Of a DNA stretch of 64,000 nt, positions 10,955-21,510 are shown piece by piece; positions within the stretch are counted from its first letter, which is position 1, and each line of letters starts with the position of its first letter. Location: positions 1,568,001-1,632,000 of the forward strand of contig OY763415.1 in assembly GCA_963667565.1 (NCBI GenBank), written 5' to 3'. The stretch comes from Acholeplasmataceae bacterium (GTDB taxonomy: Bacteria; Bacillota_I; Bacilli_A; Acholeplasmatales; Acholeplasmataceae). The notes beneath the pieces were generated by a model that did not search any database, was not told the origin of the DNA, and was given only the letters and a program-made list of their open reading frames with translations. The position numbers and the translations under genes were made by a program.

Positions 10955-10995
10955 AAGAAATTTCGTAAAAACTCTACGAAATTTCTTTTCATTTT
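10955..10995 (+). terminator. Long-stem intrinsic terminator after tsaD
   Basis: AAGAAATTTCGTA/TACGAAATTTCTT 13-bp inverted repeat with a T-rich tail. Confidence 0.7.
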
Positions 10996-11119
10996 CCATC
11001 CCCTTTTTCATATAGTTACAATTTCGTAATTTATTTGATATTAAAATATTTTGAGACTATAATATATACAAGGTAAGCAATGGGGCAAACTTTTATAATT
11101 TTTGGAGAATGAGGCTTTA

Positions 11120-13102
11120 ATGAACAGCGAAGAGAAACTAAAAATTTACGAAGTGATGTCTGAAATACGTGATAGTTTTATAGAAATAAAACCCCAAGAT
11201 TTAGATCGTATGATTAATCACGCTTTATTTAAGATAGGTAGACTTGTTCATCAAGATCGTGCCTATATTTTTGAATATGACTTTGTTTCAAACACTACGT
11301 CTAATACCTATGAATGGTGTGAAGATGGTATTGAACCTATGATTGATTATTTACAAAATGTGGCATTATCAGACATCCATGATTTTGTTGATACACATTT
11401 GCGTTTTGAAACCATGAACATTCCTAATGTGTCTAAACTAGGTAATGATTCAGAAGTGAAAAATATATTAGAATCACAAGGTATTCAAAGCATGGTTGCT
11501 ATTCCTTTAACATATCATGAGAGCCTAGTTGGTTTTATTGGTTTTGATGCTGTCACACATTTATATGAGTTTAGTGATTTTGAATTAAAAGTACTTCAAG
11601 AGTTTGCAAGTATTTTAGTGATTCATATGATGCAAAACAAGATGAGAAACATTGTTGTCGATAGAGAAAGAAAATTAGAACTTATTGTTGATCAAACACA
11701 AATAGGTATATGGGAATATTTAATCATTGGACAATTTGTATACATCAATGAAGTCTATGCAAAATCTTTAGGATTAGACTACAAAAAAATGGCTAAAATG
11801 ACAAACGCTCAATGGAAAGAGTTTATTCATCCTGATGATAAAGAAAAGTTTTCAAAACATGTCAGCATGTTGATGCAAAAAGAAAAAGAACATACAAATT
11901 TCGTTGCTAGAATTAAACACAATGATGGACACTATGTCACCTTTAATATTCATTTAACGCTTATATCTGATATAGATTCCGGTGAAGAAAAAATATATGG
12001 AACGATGATTGATATTACTGAGATTGTAAAAAATCATGATCAATTATTAACATTTGAACGTGCGGTTTATAATAATGCAACACCAATTTTTATAACAAAC
12101 GGCGAAAAAGAAGTTACATTTATTAACCCAATGATTACCGAAATGCTTGGATTTACATTAGATGATGTCATAGGAAAACGACCAGAGTTTATTGGCGCTA
12201 ATCTACCCATTCATGAACTTATAGCTATTTATCAAACCATCGATCAAGGTGAATCATGGTCAGGTGAAATGCTTGTTGGTAGAAAAGATGGTTCATCCAT
12301 TCCATTGTCAGTACATGTATCACCCGTTTTAAATGAACAAAAAAAGATTATTAATTATATTGGTACATTTATAGATATTTCAGAACTTAAGCATAAAGAA
12401 AATGTATTAAAAAACAAAAATTCAGTGCTTGAAGATATGGTTTATGACAAGATTAGTGAATATAATGAATTATTACAAGTATCAACATTAGCCTTCGCTA
12501 CATTAACTGAAAAAAGAGATCACGAAACGGGTAAACATATTCTAAGAGTTCAACACTTATGTAAGGCATTGACAGAAGAACTTGTGAAAACACCTAAATA
12601 TAAAGATGAGTTTAATAAAAAATCATATGTTGATGCCATCTATCAAGCAGCAAGTCTTCATGATATTGGTAAGATTGCGATTCCTGATCGAATTTTATTA
12701 AAACCGGGTAAACTTGATGAGGAAGAATGGGAAATCATGAAAACTCATGTGCAAATTGGAGCAGACACCATTAAAGAAATGTATGGTCAAAATACAAGTA
12801 ATCTTTTATTAGAGGTTGCAGAAAACATGATTAGATATCATCATGAAAAATGGAATGGTACTGGTTACCTAGAGGGTCTTCAAGGTGAAGATATACCACT
12901 TAGTGCCCGTATCATGAGCATTGCTGATGCATATGATGCTATTCGTTCAAAACGCCCATATAAAGAAGAAAAGGATCATCAAACCGCTGTTGCACTGATC
13001 TTAAAAGATGCAGGTACACACTTTGATCCATATTTAATTGATGTCTTTAAACAGGTTGAACATCAATTTGAACAAATTTATCAAACATATAGAGATGAAT
13101 AA
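11120..13102 (+). CDS. GAF-PAS-PAS-HD-GYP-type phosphodiesterase
   Basis: GAF (DRAYIFEY, YEWC, GFIGFD), two PAS (IHPDD; WSGE..RKDG), and HD domain ETGKH, HDIGK, HHEKWNGTGYL, ADAYDA, RPYK. ATG 11120 follows GAGG. Confidence 0.88.
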   Translation: MNSEEKLKIYEVMSEIRDSFIEIKPQDLDRMINHALFKIGRLVHQDRAYIFEYDFVSNTTSNTYEWCEDGIEPMIDYLQNVALSDIHDFVDTHLRFETMNIPNVSKLGNDSEVKNILESQGIQSMVAIPLTYHESLVGFIGFDAVTHLYEFSDFELKVLQEFASILVIHMMQNKMRNIVVDRERKLELIVDQTQIGIWEYLIIGQFVYINEVYAKSLGLDYKKMAKMTNAQWKEFIHPDDKEKFSKHVSMLMQKEKEHTNFVARIKHNDGHYVTFNIHLTLISDIDSGEEKIYGTMIDITEIVKNHDQLLTFERAVYNNATPIFITNGEKEVTFINPMITEMLGFTLDDVIGKRPEFIGANLPIHELIAIYQTIDQGESWSGEMLVGRKDGSSIPLSVHVSPVLNEQKKIINYIGTFIDISELKHKENVLKNKNSVLEDMVYDKISEYNELLQVSTLAFATLTEKRDHETGKHILRVQHLCKALTEELVKTPKYKDEFNKKSYVDAIYQAASLHDIGKIAIPDRILLKPGKLDEEEWEIMKTHVQIGADTIKEMYGQNTSNLLLEVAENMIRYHHEKWNGTGYLEGLQGEDIPLSARIMSIADAYDAIRSKRPYKEEKDHQTAVALILKDAGTHFDPYLIDVFKQVEHQFEQIYQTYRDE

Positions 13103-13126
13103 GTGCCAAAACTATGGCACTTTTTT
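13101..13126 (+). terminator. Intrinsic terminator
   Basis: AAGTGCCA-AAACTA-TGGCACTT followed by a T-run. Confidence 0.8.
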
Positions 13127-13211
13127 GTTTCTTATCGAAAGAAATGCTCAATTAGTTGTATTTTCGTAAAGAAAAATATATGATTATATTGAAAGAGGAG
13201 GGCGGAGAAAA

Positions 13212-14873
13212 ATGAAATTTTTGTTTAAACACTTAGTTTTACCAATTTTGATTTTGTTAGCAATTCCAGCTGCATTATTATTTTTTGCATATAACGATGT
13301 ATCCATTCCAACTGATGACTATCAAGCTTCATCAAGCGTGGATTTAGCATCAATGATTTCAACTGAAATGGATTCATTTTTAACGAATCCAGATACAACA
13401 TCTGCTATTTCATTAGATATCGATCAAGCTGATGTTAATACCATGATTAAAGATAACTTACTTGTTAACTTAAATGAGAATTATTTAGACGGTTTAGGTG
13501 GTGACAATGATAGTTATGTGATTAAACAAGACTATTTTGGTTACCAAGGTTCTTGGGTAAGATTTAGTGAAGATACTGTTGAGATTGAATCAGGGGCTCA
13601 TGTATTTGTTGGTGATTTTACGTATAAAACAAGTTTATTGATTGCGTTTAAACTTGATGTAAACACAGAAGAAATCACATTGACACTCGATAAGATTAAT
13701 ATTGGACATATTCCGCTTGCTTGGGTGTTTGGTGTAGCTGATTGGGCAGTTAAAACAGCATCAGGCACGGGCATTGAAGAAATGATTAATAATCAACTTA
13801 ACGGTCTTGCAACATTTGATCCTCAAACAAGAGAAATCAAATTTGATGTACAAGATCTCATAGATCAACAAGTTGGACAAGATGATCCCGAAAGTGCAGC
13901 ACTTATCAATTCATTACTTACATTTTTAGGGCAAAATGAATTATTAGATATTGGTTTTACAGATGGAAGTTTTGATGTTTCACTCGGTTTAGGTAAACTA
14001 CTTGATACAACTTCTCCATTTGTATTAAATGCAGCAGATCAAATTACTGATGCTACTGATCTTCAAACCATATTAGAAGCAAAAGCAACTTCAATTGCAG
14101 TAAGTATTTTAACAACAAATACAGATCCGTTTATTGATTTAGATGAATTTACGTTAAATCGTATGATGGATTATATGATGAGAGATACCATGAGTTCACC
14201 AGGTGTATTGTTTTCAACAACATTTATGGAACAATATACACTGACTGCGGGTATGCTTTATGTCACCATGGATGATAATTTTGTCGTTAACATTCCACTT
14301 GAAATTGTTGATCAAAATGATACAAATAAAAAATTTACAACCATCATTAAAATAGATGCAACACCATCGATTGAAAATGGATCGGATTTTGTGATTACAC
14401 TTAATGGTTTATCAGCAGGACAAGTGACACTTGATGGTGAGCATATGGATTCAATATTAGCACTTATAGGTGAAAATGATTATATTACTGATGGAAAGAT
14501 TGTCATTGAAGATTTTGATGCTCAAATGCAACAAGTTGGCATGTCAATTAGTGATATTGAAGTATCTGGTTCTAATTTAAGACTTTATGTTGATTTATCT
14601 GGCACACTTGACTTAACTGATTTACAAGATACGATTCAAAATGTATTAGATAATACGATTGCAACTGATTATCCTGAAATCAGTGATGAAATTGATAGCT
14701 TAATATCAAGTTTAACAGATCCAAATGGTGATCCTGAGCAAGCTGCTCAAGATTTAATTGATGCAATTTCACAATTAGATGATGCAGATCAACAAGCGTT
14801 ATTTGATGATTTAGCTAGTGATCTTGAATCATCAGGTTATTCAATGGATGATATTTTAGGATTGATGCCTTAA
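13212..14873 (+). CDS. Acidic membrane-anchored surface protein of unknown function
   Basis: 553-aa ORF, GAGGAGG RBS, one N-terminal hydrophobic anchor, D/E-rich body. Confidence 0.75.
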   Translation: MKFLFKHLVLPILILLAIPAALLFFAYNDVSIPTDDYQASSSVDLASMISTEMDSFLTNPDTTSAISLDIDQADVNTMIKDNLLVNLNENYLDGLGGDNDSYVIKQDYFGYQGSWVRFSEDTVEIESGAHVFVGDFTYKTSLLIAFKLDVNTEEITLTLDKINIGHIPLAWVFGVADWAVKTASGTGIEEMINNQLNGLATFDPQTREIKFDVQDLIDQQVGQDDPESAALINSLLTFLGQNELLDIGFTDGSFDVSLGLGKLLDTTSPFVLNAADQITDATDLQTILEAKATSIAVSILTTNTDPFIDLDEFTLNRMMDYMMRDTMSSPGVLFSTTFMEQYTLTAGMLYVTMDDNFVVNIPLEIVDQNDTNKKFTTIIKIDATPSIENGSDFVITLNGLSAGQVTLDGEHMDSILALIGENDYITDGKIVIEDFDAQMQQVGMSISDIEVSGSNLRLYVDLSGTLDLTDLQDTIQNVLDNTIATDYPEISDEIDSLISSLTDPNGDPEQAAQDLIDAISQLDDADQQALFDDLASDLESSGYSMDDILGLMP

Positions 14874-14892
14874 GATAAACTTAAAAATAGAT

Positions 14893-14922
14893 AAAGATGT
14901 GGGTTTTTCCCACATCTTTTTT
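14893..14922 (+). terminator. Intrinsic terminator
   Basis: AAAGATGTGGG-TTTTT-CCCACATCTTT followed by T's. Confidence 0.85.
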
Positions 14923-15064
14923 ATATAGTAGTGACACAGGTGTCTTTTTTTGATAAAATAAACGTAATCAATTCTTAAGATAACACATAGAAATCTTTAA
15001 ATGAACTTCATCCTTTTATGGGGATAAATTGATGAAGTAGATTCTTTGACTGGGGGTTATACGT

Positions 15065-15613
15065 ATGAATGATTATGTGATGGGTTATAACCGATCAGTT
15101 ATAAATAAAGAAGATGTTTTATATGGAAAAAAAATGGTCACGAGACATCTGTTTATTTTTGATTATTTAATGGGTACTTTAGTATTTGTTACTTTCTTAT
15201 CAACGATCTCTTTGTATGAAAGCATGGAACCAAGCATCAGAATATTATTACTCACTGTAAGCATATCTGTTTTGTTGTTGTACTCTATTCAAAGAATTCG
15301 TGCACATGTACTGACCACGCGTTTAATACATGCCCAATTTGAAACAAAAAAAGATATTACGTTTCATTTTACGTTTTATCAATATATGATGAATGTTGAC
15401 ATTTATTCCATTGAAGGTAAAAAATCTTGTACACTTTCATATGAAAATCTCGAACATATTCATTACGATCCACAACTAGTTGTGATTAAATGTGGTATAG
15501 ATAAAAAGTTTTATTGGTTTAATCCATTATTTTTAAAAGATGTGACTATACATCAATTATGCGATCAGATTAAAAAATCTAATTCTAAAGTAAAAATTTC
15601 GGGAGTTATATGA
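15065..15613 (+). CDS. Two-TM membrane protein, possibly YcxB-like
   Basis: Two hydrophobic helices, then a small beta-rich tail; GGGGG RBS. Confidence 0.55.
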   Translation: MNDYVMGYNRSVINKEDVLYGKKMVTRHLFIFDYLMGTLVFVTFLSTISLYESMEPSIRILLLTVSISVLLLYSIQRIRAHVLTTRLIHAQFETKKDITFHFTFYQYMMNVDIYSIEGKKSCTLSYENLEHIHYDPQLVVIKCGIDKKFYWFNPLFLKDVTIHQLCDQIKKSNSKVKISGVI

Positions 15614-15706
15614 TAACTCCTTTATTTTCCAGTTTATTTCCTTTTAATCCAATAAGATAGAGGTTATAATAGTATTACTATTAAAGAGTCAAAGTAGAGG
15701 ACATGT

Positions 15707-18148
15707 ATGAAAAAAATATTAAGTATCATTACAATTTTATTATTATCTATCATATTAACATCATGTGACTTAAGTTTTATTGATTATCAAAGAACTTATG
15801 AAATCACATTTGAAACTAACGGGGGAACAAGTATTAATCATATTTATGTTGATCAAACATTTTCTGCAGAGGATTTAGCACTTTATGAAACTACTAAAGA
15901 TGGATATGTGTTTGATGGTTGGTATATTGATCAAACTTTTGAACATACACTTGGTGATATTAAAGAATCATTAACAGTTTATGCGAAATGGCTAGAATTA
16001 TTTACCATTACTTGGGTAAATGAAGATGATTCAGTGCTTGCTACTTCACAAGTTGTTGAAGGTGAAACGCCTGTTTATGAAGGCACGATTCCTACAAAAT
16101 CTTATGATGGTACATATAGTTACACATTTGATACATGGAGTCCATCATTAGTCGCAGCTACAGAAGATCAAACCTATAGAGCAACATTTACACAAACCTA
16201 TGATATTACATCATTTGATGATGCAGAGATTGATGATGTATTTGGGTTCAACTTATCTGATTATATACCTGTCATTAAGACACATAATTATGAAGTGATA
16301 GATGCATCTACATCAAGTGCTTACTTCTTGTATATTAATATGAATGACTGGACACAAACAGAAGCAGATCTTTATGAAACTGAACTTAATAGCCTACTTT
16401 TATATAATAGTTCTAACGAAAGTTGGATGGTTGGAAATATATCACTATCACTTGATTTACTTTTCACATCTAGTACTTATCAAATGGTGTTAACTGCATC
16501 AAAAACAGAAACTGAAACAACATGGTTAGATGTCATTGATTTACTGGATAGAACATTTACATATGATAGTTTTTTAGACATACTTACAACGATGCAAAAT
16601 CTTTCTCATATTGGCATGTTTGAAGATAATAACGGTATAAGTATAACAGCATTTACAGATTTTTATAACAGCCAAAGTGCTGTTGATTCATACATATCAG
16701 CACTTAATAATTTAGGTTGGTATTATCATAGTGCACAATCAAGTTTATATGGTGAAGATGTCTATATCTATGATATTACCGAAACGACTGCAGCTGCAGT
16801 TTACATCACATATACACAAACACAAGTTCAACTACATTTTTGGGTGTTTGATAACACAACAACTACGGATGAACTTACAACATTTGTGAATCAAAAATCA
16901 ATTACAACATTTGAAGAAGTAAAATTTGGTAAATCAGGACTTCCAAGTGTTGGTACATATCATGTGCTTTTAATTCCAGTTGAAATTAAAGGTTCTCCAT
17001 TCCCTGCTGATTATATGACTAAATTAGAATTGGCATTTAATGGAGATGCAGCGTCAACTGGATGGCAATCTGTATCAAGTTTCTATAAGGCAAGCAGTTT
17101 TGGTGACTTAGATATCACATTTGATATCCAAATGAAATTTACAACCACTTATGATAAATCCTATTATGAAGGTTATGGTACTGACGGTGATCAATATGCG
17201 ATGGTAGAAGCTATTAACGCTTTAAATCCTACCATTGATTATAGTGATTATGACTATAATAATGATGGTGTTATTGATTCTATCTATTTCATCTATTCTG
17301 TGCAATATGATTATGATACTGACCCATGGTGGGCTTGGGTGTTTGATGCATCTTATGGTGTTGCAGATAGTATTAATAACGTTGATGGTAAATCACTTGA
17401 ATACTATATGTGGGCAAGTTATTATTTCTTATTAGATCCAATTGGTCTTAACAATTTAAATGCAAACGCAGAAACATACATTCATGAAACAGGTCACTTA
17501 CTTGGCTATATTGATTTATATCCATATGAAACTTATACATATGGACCAGTAGGTGGATTTGATATGATGGACTGGAATGTCGGTGATCATGGACCTGCAA
17601 ATAAACTCTTATTTGGATGGTTAGAACCTTTGGTTGCGACATCGGGTAGTTATACAATCACGATTGATTCCTATGCAACGGATACCGATGGTAAAAATAG
17701 TGTTATTTTAATCCCGTATAACTCAAATGATTTGGCTGATGGAGATGCATTTGATGAGTATTTACTTATTATGTTTTATACACCACAAGGTTTATATGAT
17801 GGACATTTAAGCCTATCTTATGTTCCTGATAATGCTGGTATTATTGTTTATCATGTGGATGCAAGACTTTATAGTCGTTCAACTTTTTGGGGAGATTATT
17901 TCCAATATAACAATGAAGGATTATCAGATTTCTTTACAGAAATATTAGAAGCTGATAAAAATGATACGTTCCCATCAACAAGAAGTAGAGATTATTTCTC
18001 CGATTCTGACATGCTTAGATCAGGTACACTTGATCTATCAACAGATTATAGTTGGCACCAAGGTGGCGCGATTAATGTATCTATTGAAGTCGCAAGTGCA
18101 ATTACAAATACAAGTCCAACTGTGACGCTAGTGATTAATATTGGATAA
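15707..18148 (+). CDS. Lipoprotein with InlB B-repeat-like domain and M6-like zinc metalloprotease
   Basis: Lipobox ILTS-C; ITFETNGG..KDGYVFDGWY repeat; DYNNDGVID; HETGHLLG zinc motif; GGFDMMD Met-turn. Confidence 0.82.
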   Translation: MKKILSIITILLLSIILTSCDLSFIDYQRTYEITFETNGGTSINHIYVDQTFSAEDLALYETTKDGYVFDGWYIDQTFEHTLGDIKESLTVYAKWLELFTITWVNEDDSVLATSQVVEGETPVYEGTIPTKSYDGTYSYTFDTWSPSLVAATEDQTYRATFTQTYDITSFDDAEIDDVFGFNLSDYIPVIKTHNYEVIDASTSSAYFLYINMNDWTQTEADLYETELNSLLLYNSSNESWMVGNISLSLDLLFTSSTYQMVLTASKTETETTWLDVIDLLDRTFTYDSFLDILTTMQNLSHIGMFEDNNGISITAFTDFYNSQSAVDSYISALNNLGWYYHSAQSSLYGEDVYIYDITETTAAAVYITYTQTQVQLHFWVFDNTTTTDELTTFVNQKSITTFEEVKFGKSGLPSVGTYHVLLIPVEIKGSPFPADYMTKLELAFNGDAASTGWQSVSSFYKASSFGDLDITFDIQMKFTTTYDKSYYEGYGTDGDQYAMVEAINALNPTIDYSDYDYNNDGVIDSIYFIYSVQYDYDTDPWWAWVFDASYGVADSINNVDGKSLEYYMWASYYFLLDPIGLNNLNANAETYIHETGHLLGYIDLYPYETYTYGPVGGFDMMDWNVGDHGPANKLLFGWLEPLVATSGSYTITIDSYATDTDGKNSVILIPYNSNDLADGDAFDEYLLIMFYTPQGLYDGHLSLSYVPDNAGIIVYHVDARLYSRSTFWGDYFQYNNEGLSDFFTEILEADKNDTFPSTRSRDYFSDSDMLRSGTLDLSTDYSWHQGGAINVSIEVASAITNTSPTVTLVINIG

Positions 18149-18153
18149 AAAAT

Positions 18154-18182
18154 AAAAAAGTAGCAAGAATTTGCTACTTTTT
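18154..18182. terminator. Bidirectional terminator between convergent genes
   Basis: AAAAAAGTAGCAA-GAAT-TTGCTACTTTTT. Confidence 0.8.
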
Positions 18183-18863
18183 CTTTGGTCTCATTTGTCT
18201 TAAAGTTTCTTTTATCTCATCTGAAACTCTATAAGATTCAATGGATTTTTGAATGGTTTTTCTAAGTGTCCAATCATCTAAATGATGATGATTCATGTAA
18301 GCTAATCCTTTTGTTGGATATTTTGCTAGGATAGTCGCATAAGCCCATGCAACTGCCATTTTAGCATAATATGCATGAACTTTAAGTTCATCAAGAATAA
18401 CAATGACGCGATCAATATATGTATCTGTTAAAAAGTGTGATAGTAACATAACGGCAACAACTCTTTGTTCAAATTCTTTATCAGAATCTTTATAGGCTAA
18501 CAAAAAATCAAATGTTTGTTGCATATGCTTTCTTGCAAGTGTGAAATGGTTGCATAATGTATCATTAACAGCCCATCCATGAATTTTTGGAATATAGGCT
18601 TTGATATAGGATAGGGCTTCATCAATATCAGATAACATACAAATGACCATCGCATGAATTTGTTCTAGTTCATAACTTGATAAATCATTGGTGTCTAAAA
18701 ACTCATTTGGATTATTTTTAGATATGATTTTAGCAATACTCCGCATCTTAGGAATAGACAAACCATTAAAATTGGATTGTTCTTTATTTAATTTTTCATC
18801 AAATGCAATACGCTTCTCATTTCTTTCTCGCTTGATCATGAGTTTTACATCATTTAAAGTCAT
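18174..18863 (-). CDS. DNA alkylation repair (AlkD-like) protein
   Basis: GLSIPKMRSIAK, WAVND, YYAKMAVAWA and IQKSIESYR patterns. Confidence 0.85.
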   Translation of the reverse strand: MTLNDVKLMIKRERNEKRIAFDEKLNKEQSNFNGLSIPKMRSIAKIISKNNPNEFLDTNDLSSYELEQIHAMVICMLSDIDEALSYIKAYIPKIHGWAVNDTLCNHFTLARKHMQQTFDFLLAYKDSDKEFEQRVVAVMLLSHFLTDTYIDRVIVILDELKVHAYYAKMAVAWAYATILAKYPTKGLAYMNHHHLDDWTLRKTIQKSIESYRVSDEIKETLRQMRPKKK

Positions 18864-18952
18864 ATATCCACCACCTGTCTTTATTGTATCACAGCAATCA
18901 CTTGTTCATGGCACATGATATAATAGAGATATCTAAATTGCGAGGTGATTAT

Positions 18953-19657
18953 ATGTGTGGAAGATTTACATTGGCCATATCTGCTAAACAATTATCTGAA
19001 TATGTCATGGATAAATATCACATCACAGACTATACTATAAATCATGATGCACCTAAATTTAATGTGTCACCAGGGCAACAAATCATTTCCATTTTACATG
19101 ATCAAAAACAATATCGTATTGGAACATTAAAGTGGGGTTTTATTCCTAGTTTTGCAAAAGATGACGTATCATTTCAAATGATTAACGCCAAAGCAGAAAC
19201 GTTATTTGATAAACCAGCATTTAAAGCATCTGCAATAAATAAAAGATGCGTCATTTTAGCAGATAGTTTTTATGAATGGAATAAAACAAATAAAAAGAAT
19301 CCACCAAGACGTATATTAACAACCGACCAAAAAATATTCTCAATGGCTGGTATATGGAATACATATATTAAAGACGATGGAAGTAAAGTACATACGGTTG
19401 CTATTATAACGACAGAAGCAAACGAAATGATGTCTTCATTTCATGATCGTATGCCAGTCATTTTAACTAAAAAAGGTGAAGAGATTTGGTTGAATCCATC
19501 GCTTAAAGATCAAAAGGAATTGGAAAAGGTTTTAAAACCTTATCAATCTGATCATATGAAAATGTATAAGGTATCAAAAAAAGTCAATGCAACTTCTTAT
19601 GATTTTGAAGATGCAATCATTGAAGTTGAAGATGATGATGAAGATACATTATTTTAG
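18953..19657 (+). CDS. SOS response-associated peptidase (SRAP/YedK family)
   Basis: True start MCGRF at 18953 after GAGGTGA; INAKAET, FYEW and HDRMPVIL motifs. Confidence 0.93.
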   Translation: MCGRFTLAISAKQLSEYVMDKYHITDYTINHDAPKFNVSPGQQIISILHDQKQYRIGTLKWGFIPSFAKDDVSFQMINAKAETLFDKPAFKASAINKRCVILADSFYEWNKTNKKNPPRRILTTDQKIFSMAGIWNTYIKDDGSKVHTVAIITTEANEMMSSFHDRMPVILTKKGEEIWLNPSLKDQKELEKVLKPYQSDHMKMYKVSKKVNATSYDFEDAIIEVEDDDEDTLF

Positions 19658-19670
19658 ATTTTCTATTTTG

Positions 19671-19698
19671 AAAAGCCACTCAAAAAGAGTGGTTTTTT
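19671..19698 (+). terminator. Intrinsic terminator
   Basis: AAAAGCCACTC-AAAAA-GAGTGGTTTTTT. Confidence 0.8.
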
Positions 19699-19789
19699 AT
19701 TTATTTTATGTATTATAGGACATATCCGCCCTGTTTTCATATAAGAATTCAAATTATAATAGAAATATAATACCCAATTATACATCAGT

Positions 19790-20239
19790 ATGATCTACCA
19801 AGGAATTGAGTGTTACTATATGAGTAATATGCAAGTTGATATCATTGGAATGATGGATGGATCAGGAAATATCGTGGTAAAATATAGCTATGATGCGTGG
19901 GGTAATATCTTATATCAATGGACATCAATCACAAACTTAGATCATATCAATCCATATCGATATGATGAAGAAATAAATCTATATTATTTGAATGCAAGAT
20001 ATTATGATCCATCAATAGCAAGATTTATATCATCTGATGATGTAAGTTTTATATCAGATGATCAAGCATCAAGTATTAATCTATATGTTTATACATTAAA
20101 CAATCCAGTAATTTATACGGACAGCACCGGTTATTGGATCGATACAGCGATAGATATTGCTTCTGTTGCGTGGAGTTTATATGATTTTATAAAAAATCCA
20201 ACATAGGCAAATGCTTGATGGTTAGCGCTTGATTTATAA
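19790..20239 (+). pseudogene. RHS-repeat-associated core fragment (decayed; toxin tip lost)
   Basis: YSYDAWGN, LYYLNARYYDP, RFIS, NLYVYTLNNP and DSTG core motifs. The frame continues NPT*ANA*WLALDL* through two in-frame stops; no RBS. Confidence 0.85.
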
Positions 20240-20266
20240 TCTAATGTTTATGGAAGGGTGTAGCAA

Positions 20267-20641
20267 ATGAACATTGAAAAACAGTTTGAATTTTTGAAAA
20301 AATACGGATTTAAATTTAAAGAGCAAACCTTTATGAATGTTTATAATAGTTATTTCACTGTACATACATATAGTTTTTATAATGAAGATGGGTGTTTTAC
20401 AATATATAATCTTCCTCAAAGGGGCGAATGGGATTATTATTATTCAAAAAAATTTAGTACAGTTATGGAAAATTTACTAGATTCCAAACTAGATATATAT
20501 AAGCAAAAATCAGAAATATGGAGTAAGGCTAGGAAAACTTGGTTTTATACGATAAGGAAAGAACTAAATCTACTTGCAGGTGCAATAAAACATCAAATAG
20601 AGGACAATAATGAGTTCTATGGTATTAAGGTTTTGATTTAG
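20267..20641 (+). CDS. Hypothetical protein, putative orphan immunity protein
   Basis: Intact 124-aa aromatic-rich ORF with GGAAGGG RBS directly after the RHS fragment. The immunity role is inferred from position only. Confidence 0.6.
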   Translation: MNIEKQFEFLKKYGFKFKEQTFMNVYNSYFTVHTYSFYNEDGCFTIYNLPQRGEWDYYYSKKFSTVMENLLDSKLDIYKQKSEIWSKARKTWFYTIRKELNLLAGAIKHQIEDNNEFYGIKVLI

Positions 20642-20830
20642 TTTTTAATCGTGTGTAATGTGGCTATATTAATAGCCAAGTTATTGCGTCCTAAAAAACA
20701 TCTAAAAAGCTTATTTTTTTGTTTTTATTGAGCCGTTTTATAGTACACTCAATTTAAATATAGTCCTCATTTTATTAATTATAACAAGACAACTTATTGT
20801 AATTGAGTGCTTTTTTATATACAAAAATAG

Positions 20831-21501
20831 ACATATCTAAAATCATATGTTGTAGCATATGATCTTGCTGGGAATCCCCTCATTAGAAGTCTTATTTATG
20901 AAGAAAATTGACAGGTATAAATTATTTAAATGATTCTACTGTGGATATTGAATATCATTATAATGATCAAGGTGTAAGAGTATCAAAAGAAACCAGTACA
21001 CATGAGTATGAATACATTGTTGATGGTACATTGATTAATATGAACTACCAAGTTATTGAGTATTACTATATCAGTAATACGCAAGGTGATATCATTGGTA
21101 TAATTCATGGAGCTGTGTTTGGTGCATTATCTGGATTAGTAGTTGATTTTGCAGTAGCGACAGCAGGAATTGGTGGTGCTGCACTCATATCTGGGGTGGG
21201 TAATTTTATGGTTGGTGCAGCAGCTAGTTTTACAAGCCAATTGTTTATAGAAAATAAGCAGGTATCTGAAGTAGACTTGGGAGCTATATTTATTACTGCA
21301 GCTCTTTCTGGATTCACAAGTGCTTTATCTGGTGCCTTCGGTGGAATGTTGAATAGCACACAAGGATGGAACTCTTCAGGGACAGTTATGCAAAAGATGA
21401 TTCAATCTATGAGTCATGTAGAAAATTGGGTGGCATCAGGAATTATTTCAATGCCATTAATAGGATTAAACATTATAGGAAGTTATTATGATAAAGTATA
21501 A
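20831..21501 (+). pseudogene. Second RHS/YD-repeat fragment with a Gly/Ala-rich hydrophobic C-terminal tip
   Basis: YDLAGNP (20858-20878) is frameshifted relative to RKLTG..YHYNDQGVRVSK. YYYISNTQGDIIGI then jumps straight into glycine-zipper helices, so the core is deleted. Confidence 0.78.
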
Positions 21502-21510
21502 GAGGTTAAT

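Noticed and set aside
11070..11119. GGCAAAC upstream of the HD-GYP gene as a c-di-GMP-I riboswitch
   Set aside because: No GNRA-capped stem, no downstream GCAAA/P2 element, and the leader is too short.
20204..20239. In-frame TAG/TGA in the RHS fragment as recoding or an alternative genetic code
   Set aside because: TGA and TAG end many bona fide genes in this window. Single substitutions (TGG>TAG, GGA>TGA) plus nearby deletions fit pseudogenisation better.
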